Source: the human T2T-CHM13v2.0 reference genome, Homo sapiens
Assembly: GCA_009914755.4 (NCBI GenBank)
Contig: CP086569.2
Coordinates: forward strand, 23,904,001 to 23,968,000
Length of the DNA stretch: 64,000 nt
Direction: 5' to 3'
This document shows, one piece after another, positions 33,358 through 47,699 of the stretch (positions are counted from its first letter, which is position 1; each line of letters opens with the position of its first letter). The notes beneath the pieces were generated by a model. That model did no database searches, was not told where the DNA came from, and saw only the letters and a list, made by a program, of their open reading frames with translations. Position numbers and translations under genes: made by a program.

Positions 33358-33669
33358 GGAGTTGGGCACACTGGCTCATGCCTGAAATCCCAACACTTTG
33401 GAAGGCCAGGGCAGGTGGATCACCTGAGGTCAGGAGTTCTAAATGAGCCTGACCAATATGGTGAGACACCATCTCTACTGAAAAATGCAAAAATTAGCTG
33501 GGCTTGGTGGTGCACACCTGTAATCCCAACTACTCAGGATGTTGACGCAGGAGAATTGCCTGAACCCAGGAGGCGGAGGTTGCCCCATTGAGCCGAGATC
33601 AACCCATTGCACTGCAGCCTGGGCAACAAGACTGAATCTCCATCTCAGAGAGGAAAAAAAAAAAAAAAA
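33358..33669 (+). mobile_element. Alu SINE inserted in the L1
   Basis: ggagttgggcacactggctcatgcctgaaatcccaacactttggaaggccagggcaggtggatcacctgaggtcaggagttc...gcctgggcaacaagactgaatctccatctcagagaggaaaaaaaa. Confidence 0.9.
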
Positions 33670-33880
33670 CAAAGCAAAAGAAAATGGATAAATCTCAAGA
33701 TAGATTGATTAGGAAAAAGGAGAGATCAAAATTTTTCACATTAGGAATGAGAGAATGGGTATCAGTGGTTTCTAAGATATTAAAAAGTATAAAAAGGGAA
33801 TATCACTTGTAAAATTTTATGCCCATAAATTTTACAATGGAAATGAAATTAACAAATGTCCTAAAACATATAAAATATCA

Positions 33881-34245
<365 letters not shown>

Positions 34246-34771
34246 AAAAATAAATGTAAAAATTTTCAATTTGTAGTTAGAAATCTTCCCACAAAGGAGA
34301 TTTGAGACCCAGATAGCTTTGCCAGTGAATTCTGCCAAACATTTAATGAAGAAATAATACCAATTCTATACAAACTATCCCAGAGAACTTATGAGGCAGG
34401 GAATATTTGTAAGAGACCAGAATTACCATGGCACAAAAACCTTACTAAGATGTTAACAAAAAAGCAAACTATAGGCCAAGATTCTTCATGAATATAGAAG
34501 AAAAAAATTAAAATTTTAGCAAGCTGAATTCAAAATCTATAAAAAGAATACAATATCATGATAAATTGGGATTTTACTTCCTAGGAATTCAGGATGATTT
34601 TACACTGAAAATAAATCAGTACAATTCTCCATGTTAGCAAAGAGATAAATCACATGATCATCTCAAAAGACACAGAAAAAGCAGGTAACAAAAATCTAAC
34701 ATGTATTATTAAATAAAAACTTTCAGCAAACTAAGCATAGAAAAGCATTTCCTCAAACTGATAAAGGGCAT

Positions 34772-35325
34772 CTGTGATGGTTAATACTGAGTATTAACTT
34801 GACTAGCTTGAAGGATGCGAAGTAGTGTTCCTGGGTGTGTCTGTGAGGGTGTTGCCAAAGGAGATTAACATTTGAGTCAGTAGACTGGGAGAGGCAGACC
34901 CACCCTCATTCTGGGTGGCCACAATCTAATCAGCTGCCAGCACAGCTAGAATAAAGCAGGCAGAAGAACATGGAAGAACTAGACTTGCTGAGCCTTCCGG
35001 CTTTCATCTTTCTCCTGTGCTGGATGCTTCCTGCCCTCAAACATCGGAGTGCATGTTTTTCAGCTTTTGGAGTCTCAGGCTTGATGCCAGTGGTTTGCTA
35101 AGGGCTCTCAGGCCTTCGGCCACAGACTGAAGGCGGCACTGTTGGCTTCCCTATTTTTGAGGTTTTGGGGCTTGGACTGGGCTTTCTTGCTCGTCAGCTT
35201 GTAGACGGCCTATCATGGGATTTCACCTTGTGATCATGTGAGTCAATACTCCTTAATAAATTCCCTTTCATATACACATCTCTCCTATTAGTTCTGTTCC
35301 TCTGGAGACTCCTGAATAATACAGC
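34772..35325 (+). mobile_element. ERVL-MaLR solo LTR (MST/THE1-like) inserted in the L1
   Basis: It starts tgtgatggttaatactgagtattaacttgactagcttgaagg. Inside it has ...tctaatcagctgccagcacagctagaataaagcaggcagaag...ccttcggccacagactgaaggcggcactg... It ends ...gtcaatactccttaataaattccc...tctggagactcctgaataatacag. This is the typical MaLR TGT...ACA layout with its poly(A) signal. Confidence 0.6.
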
Positions 35326-36126
35326 ATCTATGAAAAATCTATAGCTAAAAACTTACTTCATGATAAAAGACTGAATGCATTTCCTCTGTGATCAGGACTA
35401 AGACAAGGATGTCTGCTCTCACCACTTGTATTCAACCTTGTGCTGGAGATACTGGAACATATAATCAGACATGAAAAAAATGCATCCAGAATGGAAGAAA
35501 TAAAACTGTCTTTATATATAGCCAACATGACTATCTATCTAGAAAATCTAATAGAAACACAAAAAAGTTAGAAGTAATAATTGATTTTAGCTAAGGTTTT
35601 AGGATAAAATATCAATAAAAAATCAACTGTATTTCTACAGACTAGCAAAGAACAATCACAAGTTGAAATTTTAAAAATACTTTGAATAACATAAAAATAT
35701 GAAATACATAGGGATAAATCTGACATAAAATGTGAAAGATGTGTACACTATAAACTATAATACATTGCCAAAAGAAATTAAGGACCTATATAAATGGAGA
35801 GATAGACCATGTTTATGGATTAAAAGACTCATTATTATTAATATGCCAATTATCTCCAAATTATGGATTCAATGGAATCACAATCAAAACCCTAGCAGAC
35901 ATTTTATAGAAATTGACAAGCTGACTCTAAGATTAATGTGGAAATGAAAAGGAACCATACTAGACAAAACAATTTGGGAAAAGAAGAACTAGGCGGATTA
36001 ACACTGTCTCACGTCAAGACTTATTACTAAGCTACAGTAACCAAAATAGTGGGTATTGACATCACAATAGACAAGGGATATCATTAAAAAATATAGAGAG
36101 CCCAGAAAGAGACCTAAATATATATG

Positions 36127-36127
<1 letters not shown>

Positions 36128-36171
<44 letters not shown>

Positions 36172-36198
36172 TGTCTGTCTGTCTGTGTGTTTGTGTTT
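36128..36198. repeat. (GT)n about 21 units, followed by (CTGT)4
   Basis: Direct reading. Confidence 0.9.
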
Positions 36199-37056
36199 AC
36201 AAATGTGCAAATGTAATTAAGTGGAGAAAGGACAGTCTTTTCAACAAATGGTGCTAGAATAATTGGTTACCATATGCAAAATCCATACTTCACACTATAC
36301 CTAGAAATGAACTGAAAAATGGGTCACAGGCCTAAGTTAGAAACCAAAAACGATAACATTTCTAAAAGAAAATCTTTGTGACTTTGCACTGGGCAAAGAT
36401 TTCTTAGCTGTAACACCAAAAGCATGATCCATAAAAGAACAAACTGATAAACTGGATTTCATCAAAATTCAAAACTTCTGTTCTTCAGATGATGCTACTA
36501 AGAGAATGAGAAAACAAGCCAGACTGGGAGAAAATATTTGCACAGAATATGTCTGATAACAACCTTCATCCAGAATGTATAAAGTACTCTCAAAATCGAG
36601 TTAGAAAAACAATAAAACAATGGGCAAAATACTTGAACAGATACTTCCACAAAGAAGATACAGGGATGGGAAATAAGCATATGAAAAGATGTTCAAAATC
36701 ATTAGTAGTTAGGAAAATACAAGTTAAAAGCATTATATGCCTACCACAATAGCTAAATTTAAAAAGATTGACAATACCAAATGTTGTCAAGGAGGTGGAG
36801 GAATTAGAACTGATATACTGTTGGAAACGAAAAATGGAAAACCTGCAGTTTCTTAAAAAGTCAGACGTATTCCTGCTATGTGATCCAGCACTTGTATATC
36901 CAAGAGAACTAAAAGCGTATCATAAAGTGACTCATATATAAATGTTTATAGCAGCTTTATTTGTAAAAGTCTCACACTGAAAACAACCCAAATGTCCATA
37001 ACAGGTAACTAGATAAAGAAATGTTGGTGTATTCATACAATGAAATACTATTCAGC

Positions 37057-37082
37057 AAAAAAAAAAAAAAAAAAAAAAAAAA
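37057..37082. repeat. poly(A) tract inside the L1 3' region
   Basis: Direct reading. Confidence 0.85.
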
Positions 37083-37442
37083 GGTCTATGGATACATACA
37101 ACAATATGAATGAATGTTAAAGTAATTATGCTGAATAAAAGAAGCCACACCAAAATAAACTACTTATTGTATTATTACATTGGTATATGCCTCTAGACAA
37201 TTAAAACCAATCTGTATGACAGAAAGGAGATCAGTGGTTGCCTGAGAAGAGGGTACATGGAGAGAGACAGGAAGGAGAGATTACAAAGGAGCACAAGGAT
37301 ACCTTTTGGGATGATGTTTATGTTCACTATATTGATCGGCTTCATGGGTATATACGTATGTCAAAACTTATCAAATTGTACACTAGATACATATGCTGTT
37401 TATTTTATGTCACTTATACTTCAAAATGCTGTTAAAACTCTC

Positions 37443-37798
37443 ACCAAATTAGGTATGCAAGGAATGTTCCTCAACAGAATAAATGCCATATTGGACAAGC
37501 CCACAGCCAACATCATACCCAATGGTAAAAAGCAGAAAGCTTTTCTTCTATGATCAGGAACAAGGGTGCCCACACTCACCACTTCTATTGTGCATAGTAC
37601 CACAAGTGCTACCTAGAGCAGTTAGGCAAGAAAAAGAAATAAAAAATATCCAAATCAGAAAGGAAGAAGCAAAATTGTCTCCGTAGATGACATGACCTTG
37701 TATACAGAAACTCCACCAAAAAACTGTTAGACCTAAAAAGAGAATTCAGTAAAGTTCCAGAATACCAAAATCAACATTAAAATTGAATTGCAATTCTT

Positions 37799-37829
<31 letters not shown>

Positions 37830-38590
37830 ACTTTAAGTTTTAGGGTACATGTGCACAACGTGCAGGTTTGTTACATATGTATACATGTGCCATGTTGGTG
37901 TGCTGCACCCATTAACTCCAACAATGATAGACTGGATTAAGAAAATGTGGCACATATACACCATGGAATACTATGCAGCCATAAAAAATGATGAGTTCAT
38001 GTCCTTTGTAGAGACATGGATGAAGCTGGAAACCATCATTCTCAGCAAACTATCGCAAGGACAAAAAACCAAACACCGCACGTTCTCAATCACTGGTGGG
38101 AATTGAACAATGAATTGCACTTCTATACAGCACCAACAAATTATCTGAAAAAGAAAGAAAGAAAACAATCCTACTTACAATAGCAACAAGCACAATAAAA
38201 TTACTTAGGAATACATTTAACCAAGAAGTTTAAATATCAGCATATAAAACACTGAGAAAATAAATTGAAGATGACACAAATAAAAAGAAAGACATCACAT
38301 GTTCATGTATCAGAATTAATATTATTAAAATATCCATACTACCCAAGGTGATCTATAGGTTCATTGCAAACTCTATCAAAATTCCAATGGCAGCATTCTT
38401 CACAGATAGAGAAAAAATAATTCTAAGATTCATATGGAACCACAAAAAAACCTGACCAAAGCAATCTTGAGAAAGAAGAGCGAAGCTGGAGGCATCACAT
38501 TTCCTGATTTCAAACTATGTTACAAAGCTATGTTAATCTAAAGAGTATGGTACTGGCATAAAAACAAACACATAGACTAATAGAACATCA
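37443..38590 (+). mobile_element. Second L1 ORF2 fragment (L1PA/L1PB-like), RT to C-terminal region. It is split by the L1PA insertion at 37801-38110.
   Basis: The plus translation gives [72 protein letters not shown]. After the insertion the same frame continues as ...LYTNN-like / [34 protein letters not shown] ([26 protein letters not shown]). Confidence 0.7.
37801..38110 (-). mobile_element. Young L1PA-family insertion, 5'-truncated and 5'-inverted (twin-priming architecture), with a (TAA)n tail and a target-site duplication of about 13-15 bp
   Basis: 37801-37830 is (att)n, which is a (TAA)n tail on the minus strand. 37830-37918 is the reverse complement of the extreme L1PA 3' end (ttttagggtacatgtgcacaacgtgcaggtttgttacatatgtatacatgtgccatgttggtgtgctgcacccattaactc). 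37919-38110 is the plus-oriented L1PA 3' UTR segment (gatagactggattaagaaaatgtggcacatatacaccatggaatactatgcagccataaaaaatgatgagttcatgtcctttgtagagacatggatgaagctggaaaccatcattctcagcaaactatcgcaaggacaaaaaaccaaacaccgcacgttctcaatcactggtgggaattgaacaatga). It is flanked by gaattgcaattctttc (37784-37800) and gaattgcacttctatac (38110-38126). Confidence 0.75.
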
Positions 38591-39084
38591 TGAGTTTGAA
38601 TGGTACAGGTCCACTTATATGTGAATTTTCTTCTGTTTCTGTCACATCTGAGACAGCAAGACCAATCCTCCTCTTCCTTCTCTTCCTCAGTCTACCCAAT
38701 AGGAACACAAGGAGTATGAAGACCTCTCCGCTTTGACTTAAGGAATAGTAAATATATTTTCTTTTCCTTATGATTTTCTTAATAACACCATCTTTTCTAT
38801 AGTTTACTTTAGCGTACAAATACAGTATATAATACATATACAAAATACATGTTAATCAAGTGTTTACGTTATTGGTAAGGCTATTGGTCAATAGTAGGCT
38901 ATTAGTAGTTAAGCTTTTGGAGAATCAAGTTTTAAGGCCAAGGTAATTCAAGGCCCAGTCTGGGAAACATAGTGAGACCCCATGCCTTAAGAAAAAGTTA
39001 TATGCTGATTTGCGACTATGCAGGGGTCAGTGCTCAAACTCCACGCTGTTCAAGGGTCAACAGTGTATTATATGCAGAATATAA

Positions 39085-39262
39085 GAGAGTTGAACTCATC
39101 AAAACATAGAGTACCATGGCAGTTGCCAGGGAATGGCGGTGGGGGAAATGGGTAGATTTTGACCAAAGGGGACAAACTTTCAGTTATAAGATGAGCAATT
39201 TCTGAGAATCTAATGTATAGCATGGGTGATAATGTATGTATTAATTAATTTGATTGTAGTAA
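39085..39262 (+). mobile_element. L1 3'-terminal fragment (L1M-type)
   Basis: catggcagttgccagggaatggcggtgggggaaatgggtagattttgaccaaaggggacaaactttcagttataagatgagcaatttctgagaatctaatgtatagcatgggtgataa... matches the L1M 3' end motif atggtggttgccaggggctggggggagggggaaatggggagt...gggtacagagtttcagttttgcaagatgaaaag. Confidence 0.55.
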
Positions 39263-39302
39263 TTATACAATGTATTAGGTTGGTGCAAACTAATTGCACC
39301 AA
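39263..39302. mobile_element. MADE1/Hsmar1-type MITE remnant. It is an internally deleted palindrome that keeps both terminal inverted repeats.
   Basis: ttaggttggtgcaaactaattgcaccaacctaat. The MADE1 termini are TTAGGTTGGTGCAAAAGTAATTGCGG...CCGCAATTACTTTTGCACCAACCTAA. Confidence 0.6.
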
Positions 39303-41910
39303 CCTAATTTAGGCATATCAAATAATTGCATTGTACACCTTGAGTATATACGCTCTTTGTCAATTAAATAAATAAAAATAAAAATGGTCAGATGAGTTTA
39401 ATAATTAAGAATCTGAAAGAGGGAAAAGTCAGTTAGAATTTTGCTTGTAGTTACAGAATAGAGCCAAATATGTAAAATTTCCCTGTTCAATTAAAAATCA
39501 CTAAAAAACTAACACTAATATGAATGTATGCTAATTCTGCAATGGTTTTGTACAGTGTGGTCATCTACAAGTTCAAATGCTACACAAGTATTCAAAAAAT
39601 CATTGGGAAAGTGTTTCTAGTCTAATGCTAAGTGAGTAAAGGAGACTGAAAAATTGTGCCTAAACCTATGGGTGACAACTTTCCTTCTCACTATTAAAAC
39701 TTGTTTCGAGCAATACTTTGTAATAAAATAGGAATGGAAACATTTTAAGGCTATTAACTTTTAATCAATGACTTAAAGACAGTCACTTATTTTTTTTTCT
39801 AAACTATTCAAAACCTAAACAGGTGGTATGGAGGAAAGACCTGCACTTTTTGAGGAGTTTGAATAATCAGGCAATTGACCACATCAAACAAATTAATCTC
39901 TAGGGAGAGGCTGAAAATCCCTTCTCCAAAATGCTTGAAACCAGAAGTGTTTCGGATTTGGCGGTTTTTTTGTTTGTTTGTTTTTGATTTTGATTTTGGA
40001 ATATTTGCATATATATAATGAGATATCTGGGAGTGAGACCCAAATCTAAACATGGAATTCATTTATGTTTCATATATACCTTAGGCACATAGTCTGAAAG
40101 TAATTTTATACAACACCTTAAATAATTTTGTCTATGAAACAATGTTTTTGTACACTGAACCATCTGAAAGCAAAGGTTTCACTATCTCATATTAGCACTG
40201 AAAAACTTTCAGATTCAGGGGCATTTCTGGATTTGGGATTTTTGTATTAGGATGCACACATCCTGTACTGATTTTAAAAGAAGGCTTTCCTGGGAATGAT
40301 GCAGCCCAATAGAAATGGCAACTACCATTAAAAGCAAAAAGCTAGATTGAAATATTATCAGAATAAGTTGCCACATCACTCATTATTCACTAAAACACTT
40401 CTATTCAAAAGGCCCAATTTTTGTAGATTCCTGAAGTAGGACTTGACACCAGGTATCACAAATTTACAAACTTACCACTTCAGCGTTTTAAAACTTTCTT
40501 ACCAGGATCCCTGGTCTTCTGGGTGCCATGGAAACTCCAACTAGAAAAGAAAATGAAATTCCCTTCGGCTGGAAACTGTTCGTGTCATTCCTGAGCCCCC
40601 CTAGGTGTCTGTTGTAGATTATATAAGCTGCAGTTCGCAAATGCACTTTGCATTTGTTCCACAAACCCTGTTGAATGCTTGTTTTGTAGGAGGTTCCACA
40701 TGCTGGGCAAAGAAGAATGAATAAAACACAGTCTCTGCCCTGGAAGAATTTACAAAGAAATAGTGGTACTACAGGTGCTGTGGAACAGCACAGAGTGTGT
40801 AAATGTTAGCTTAATGGTATCTTTCTAACATCAAACTTTTTTATTTCTTCTGTTTTCACACTCTCATTGCAAAAAACTCAAACAATTCAGAAAAGAATAA
40901 AGAAGAAAATTTAAAACTCTTTGAAATCCTACCATCAAGTAATAAGCATTGCTAACATTTGATGAACATCTTTCTTAAGCATTCATGTACTAAAAAAATG
41001 AGAATTACACCCTAAACGCTATTTTTATAAACTCAGTGCTATTTTTCAACATTCCTTTTCCTAATCAGGAGCATGTAGTAGATCTCATGAGATGCTGCAT
41101 CTTTTTCTTAATGTGATGTCAGCTATTATCATTTATATGCATTGGCCTGTCATAAAAGTCTGCAGAATCTAACTAAAGCCACCTAGGTTCATTCACCTCT
41201 ACCTTATCTTGCAGGTGCTGCCTCTTGTCCCAGTGTGGAAGGAACCCTGACCTTGCAATTGAAAGGCCTTGCTTCTGGTGCTGACCACGTTCTGACCCTC
41301 AGCCATCCCTTAAACCTCCCTAAGTTCCAATGTTCTCTTCTGTAAAACGAGGGTTGTAAATATTTGCCCTGCCTGCCTTCTTCCCACTGGCTATTCCCTC
41401 TGCCAAAAACTGGGCTACTTGACCTCCAGGAAGCTTGCATATGTGTCACTCTTTATTCTCCTTATCATCTTTCTCCTTCACTAGAACATAAAGCACTACA
41501 AGGGCAAACATTTTTGTATGCTTTGTTTCCCGATATTTCTGTCTAGAACAATGTCTAGTGTAGTAGATGACAAACAAATGCTTGCTGAATTAATTGGACA
41601 GAGCTGAACAGAGAATGGGAGGTGGGAAGACTGCCTCGCCACACAACTCTGGGGGAATCCTTCACATTGTAGTCCATGTGATGGCATCTCCTGGAAGTGT
41701 GCAACTGCACAGGCTTCACAGCTGTGCGGCAACCCCAACAACAACCGTGGAAGTACTCTGTCAAAGAGTATGAATTATTAAATAAAAATATTTTTTCTAG
41801 TAATGAAAAAATGTGAAAACAAATAAAGGAAAAAAATCATCTCAAATTCTTCAACCTAGTGATAATATCTTCGTTAGTATTTGCTGAACATCCTTCTAGA
41901 CACTTCTCTA

Positions 41911-41916
<6 letters not shown>

Positions 41917-41961
<45 letters not shown>

Positions 41962-41968
41962 ATCTTCA
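41917..41968. repeat. (AT)n about 26 units
   Basis: Direct reading. Confidence 0.9.
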
Positions 41969-43149
41969 TTTTGCATAAGTGACATCATACCATAAATGCT
42001 ATACTAGTATCTGCTTTTGTTTTTGCCCAATAGTATATTATAATCAGCTCTCTTTGTCAGTAAATACAAATCCATATCATCTCTGTAAACCAGGGGTCTG
42101 CAAATTAAGGCTCATAAGCCAATTCCACCTGGGTTTTGTGTTTTTTTTTTTTTTGGTAAATTAACAAAGTTTTATTGGAACATGAATGTGCTGATTCCTT
42201 TATGTACTATCTATGCCCATTGCTGTGCTACAATAGCAGAATCGATTATTTCTGACAGACACCATATGGCCCACAAATCTACAATACTTACTATCTATTC
42301 TTTTCCAGAAAAGTTTACCAGCCCTGCTTCGTAGCTGAGTATTAAATGGTATGAAAATACTCTATTTGAATTATTCCTCTATCAGAACATATTTACCTTG
42401 TTCCAATTTTTGTTGATAAATACGTCGTATACACATCTTTCAACTCATATCCAGTACATCACCTTGAGATAACTTCCTAGAAGTGGATTGGCTGGGCCAG
42501 ACATGAACTCTATAAAGGTTCTTGATACACATGATTAAAATGCCCATGGCATGGAACCCTCATCTATTTCTGTGCTTTTGTATTTTCTGTGTGTATTTCA
42601 GTTTTGTTTAGTTGGCTCAAGTAAAATTAGTTCCTTTTGAAAACGTTCAGCTTGTATGAACTCAACTAAGGGTACCAGGAATTTCCATCCGCAACCCAGC
42701 CAGGAGTTTGCCAGAGGCCAGGAGAGCTCCTGTCCAGGCAGCTCCAAAGAGGCCAGGGGTCTGGTGAGGAATGGAGAAGAGCACGACTGAAAACTTAGAA
42801 GAGAGCAGCCAGGGACTGATGCCAGATCCGTTGACCCTGTCAAAAGATCTGAACTCTGCCCCACATTTGTCCTTTTGACCCCATCGAGTTAACCAGGAGT
42901 TTAGCCATCCATGCTCCACACAACTGTAGCTTTTCTTCTTCTTCTGTGCACCTATAACTCTGTCTCATTAGATTGCTCTGAAGTTTGTTATTGATTATCT
43001 AGGAAATAAATACAACCAACTTTTTGCCTATTTCCCAATTGTTACGGCTGGTAGAAATAATCAGCATAAAATAAAACTGACAACAGATGATACCACACAT
43101 GGCAACAATGCTATTGGTTAAAAATGGAAAGAAGGCTCGCATCCTTTTG

Positions 43150-43520
43150 ATAAAATGCATTCAAATTTTATTTTTTGTTTTTGTTTTTATTTTTTATTTC
43201 GATAGCTTTAGGGGTGCACGTGGTTTTTTGTTACATGGATGAATTGTATAGTGGTGAAGTCTGAAATTTTAGTGCACCCATCACCTGAGTAGTGTATATC
43301 GTACCCAATATGCAGCTTTTAGCCCTCATGCCTCACCCACCTTCTCCCCCTTTTGATTCTCTGATGTCCATTGTATAACTCTGAATGTCTTTGTGTCCTT
43401 ATAGCTTAGCTCTCACTTATAACTGAGAACACATGGTTTCTGCATCTCCATTCTTAAGTTACTTCATTTGGAATAATGGCCTCCAGTTACACCCAAGTTG
43501 CTGCAAAAGACATTTTCTTT
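43150..43520 (-). mobile_element. L1 3'-end fragment in minus orientation (T-rich tail on plus at 43167-43200)
   Basis: tttcgatagctttaggggtgcacgtggttttttgttacatggatgaattgtatagtggtgaagtctgaaattttagtgcacccatcacctgagtagtgtatatcgtacccaat...ataactgagaacacatggtttctgcatctccattcttaagttacttcatttggaataatggcctccagttacacccaagttgctgcaaaagacat is collinear with the reverse complement of the L1 ORF2 end/3' UTR (gagtgagaacatgcggtgtttggttttt...catccatgtccctacaaaggacatgaactcatc). Confidence 0.6.
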
Positions 43521-45094
43521 ACATTTAGACTTGCAAAATTTGATGTCAGAGAGATTTGGATTTGGAAAACAAAAGCAAAAATTGCAGTGGTTGAAACTAA
43601 ATAAGGAAAAATTAATGTGATACAAAAAAACTGATCAATGAATCTAATTTGTGTAAAAACAATGAAAATAAGGAAAGAATTGCAGTGAAAAGAAAGTTCA
43701 GTGAAATAAAATTAAACACAGCAAACATGGAAACTGGCTTTGCTGCATGGTACAGAATACAATCAAGGGATTAAATTGGCTTGAGATTGTGCTGGAAAAT
43801 ATTTTCTTGATGGAAAGCCACCTATGTTGGGGATGAAATTTCTTTAAACCGACAGCTAGACAAATAACTTTCTACTCATTATTGGACTTCTATAGTCAAT
43901 TTTTCACAAGAATGTTGGAGTCTCTGAAATCACTAAAGCCCCAGTAAAAAGGAAAATGGAATCTCCTATCAGTTGCTGTATGTAGAACCTCTTTTGTAAG
44001 CAAGTGGCAGCCAATGTTAACACTTCTCACACTGACCTTAACAATTCTTAGAATATTAAAAAAATTCTGCACAGAAATTAAGTATTATGTACTTATTTCT
44101 AACAATTCCAAGGAGGTAAACATTATTGTACAATTTCAAAGTCTTTTTTATAGTGTACATTTAATAGCAAATAAGAGAATATTTTACAATTTGATTACAT
44201 AATTTTACTTGTGAGTTTTGTAGGGTTTATGGGCCATATTATTTTTTACCCATCTACTATACTTATTTAATAGGCTTCTGGAGAGGATTTTATAATGTTA
44301 CACTAGTTAGTCTTATTTTTATTAGAATATGCTTTTTACTGAAGATTTCCTATATCAAAGAAACAAAGGAGAAAAATAAAATACAAAAATTAGAAATCAG
44401 CCATAGCCTCTATGGAGTGCAGTCACCAAAGTGCCAATTCCAGAGGCAAAGTATTTTTGTTTTATTTATATTGTTATGGCTCATGTGGTGACTTCATTTA
44501 AAGACACTGTTCCCAAAGCTGAATTATGTATGAAAGCAAATACGGGAGACAGGAAGCAGGGAAGGAAAAGAGTAAAATCAAGAAAGCAACATCTCAAATA
44601 CCATGAATGATCCCGTTACTTTTTCCCCCTCATCAAGATCGACTCAAGGCCTGGGCTGCACAATACTGAGAAAGACCAATTAAAAACTAAATTGTCTGAA
44701 ATGACTGTGGTCACACAGGTGAAATTTTGTTTTCTTAAGAGAAAAAAGAAATTTGTCAGCTTCTTGAGGGCAGAAAAATATTGTTGTAGATCTCTATGTT
44801 GCCAACACTTAGTATAGAGCTAGTATAGTTATTTTTGAATAAATGAATGGGTAAGAAAAAAATAACGCACAAATGAAAATATGTCATTATTTAAATACTT
44901 GGGACTTGTCGGTCTAGTCTTGCTCAGTGGTTCTCAGTGGTTCTCAATATTGACTGCACATTACAATCATTTCGAGAGTTATTTTTTCTTCACTTTTTAC
45001 TATGTATTATATACAGAGAAGTACACATTTCTAGGGGAGCTTTTAGAAACTGCTAATGACCCCTATAATGGTTTAAATTTAAGATACTGACAAT

Positions 45095-46060
<966 letters not shown>

Positions 46061-46689
46061 CCCAGACTCCACCTCAGACCAATTAAAATTAGAATCTCTA
46101 ATGGAATCCAGACATTGGACCTATTTAAAAGAGCTTCCTGAGTAGTCTGATGTGTAGGAAGAGTTGAGAACTAGTGGCCTTAACTTTAAGAGAATATTGG
46201 GGAGAAAATAAAACAACAAAATAATTTTTTAAAGAGTGACTATGAAGGATCATGGATGATTTTTATTTTCTTCTTTAAGCTACTCTTTATTTTTGGATCT
46301 TTTTCCATCATGAATTATGTGCATAATTTTAAAAGACAGTGTTATTTTATTTATTTACCTATTCTACTCCTCTCATCCTCTCCAATTTTGCCCTCTCATT
46401 CATTTTGGTTCAGATAAGCCATTATCTGACATTCGTTCATCCAAAGCTGATTAACCATCCTTTTATGCAAAGGACTGTCTTAGGAATTGAAGGTGCAAAA
46501 AAGAACAAACAAATCTGCTCCAGGCAATCAAAGGCATAGGAGACAAAGATGTACACATTTATTTTTAAAAGAACCTCCAAATATTATAGTAGCACAAAGA
46601 TGACAAGAGATAAGAATATGTTAATTTATTCTTGTGTGTTTCCAGAAAATGCGTGGAAATTTCTTTAAAAACTTAAAATGCACCTAACA

Positions 46690-47235
46690 TAGGACCTTGC
46701 TGTTCAATTCCTGGGTCTTTGCCCAAAAGAAATAAAAGCATACATCTACACAAAGACTTACACACTAATGTTAGTAGCACCTTTGTTTGCAATAGCCCCA
46801 AACGTGAAATAGCCCAAATGACCATCAGTATAAGAACGGATACACAAATTGTGTAAAATCTTTATTATGAAATACTACTCAGCAATAAAAAGGAAGAAAC
46901 TATTGATACATGCAACAACACAGACGAATCTAAAAATCATTATGAGAAATGAGAGAATTCACAGACTAAAGGGTATATACTGTATGATTCCATTTATATA
47001 AACTTCTAGAAAGCTTGAAGTAATTCATAGTGACAGAAAACAGATTATTAGTTGAGGGTGGGTTGGGGAATGAATTACAATGAGATGATGGGAATGTTTC
47101 TTATCTTCACTGTTGTGATGGTTTCACAGTTGTATACATATGTCAAAACTCAGCAAGGTGTACAATTTTAATATGTGCAGTTTATGTACAGTAATTATAT
47201 TGCAATGAACCTGTTAAAATTAAAAGGAGGAAGGA
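46690..47235 (+). mobile_element. L1 3'-end fragment (L1M-like)
   Basis: ...acatctacacaaagacttacacactaatgttagtagcacctttgtttgcaatagccccaaacgtgaaatagcccaaatgaccatcagtataagaacggatacacaaattgtg...tactgtatgattccatttatataaacttctagaaagc...gttgagggtgggttggggaatgaattacaatgagatgatgggaatgtttc...cacagttgtatacatatgtcaaaactcagcaaggtgtacaattttaatatg. Confidence 0.7.
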
Positions 47236-47699
47236 AAAAATAGTGAAACCAACAAGGCTGTGAATGGGCCTGAATGAGACCCATGGCATCCAGTTGGTAT
47301 CCTTGCTAACAACAAGGAACCATCTTGTGGGTCTGGACTAGGGAGAAGAATCTGGTGACTTCCTCAACTTTAGAGTCTGTTACTAATAGGAGAAGCAGCC
47401 AGTGGAGAGGAGGACACTTGGGATGGGGCTTTGAACCTTGGGTTCAAAGAAGAACTTGGGTTCTTCTTTGAACCTTGAGAAGAACCTGCATGGATGACAG
47501 ACATATCAAGAAAACATGGGGCAGAGTCCCAGCACTTCCTTGTCTCACTGATTGTTTGGATTAAGCTAAAGTGATTTCAATCACTATTCAACAAACAAAA
47601 AGGTACCAAGACCTTTCAGTGGGGGAAAGAATTGTCTTTAATGATGCTGGGACAACTGAATATCCAAATGCAAAAGAAGAAAGTCGAGACCCTACTTCA

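Noticed and set aside
47420-47480. Nested short palindromes ctttgaacc-ttg-ggttcaaag and gaagaac-ttggg-ttcttc
   Set aside because: They are short, with stems of 7-9 bp, and lie within low-complexity duplicated sequence. This is probably a local slippage product. No further support.
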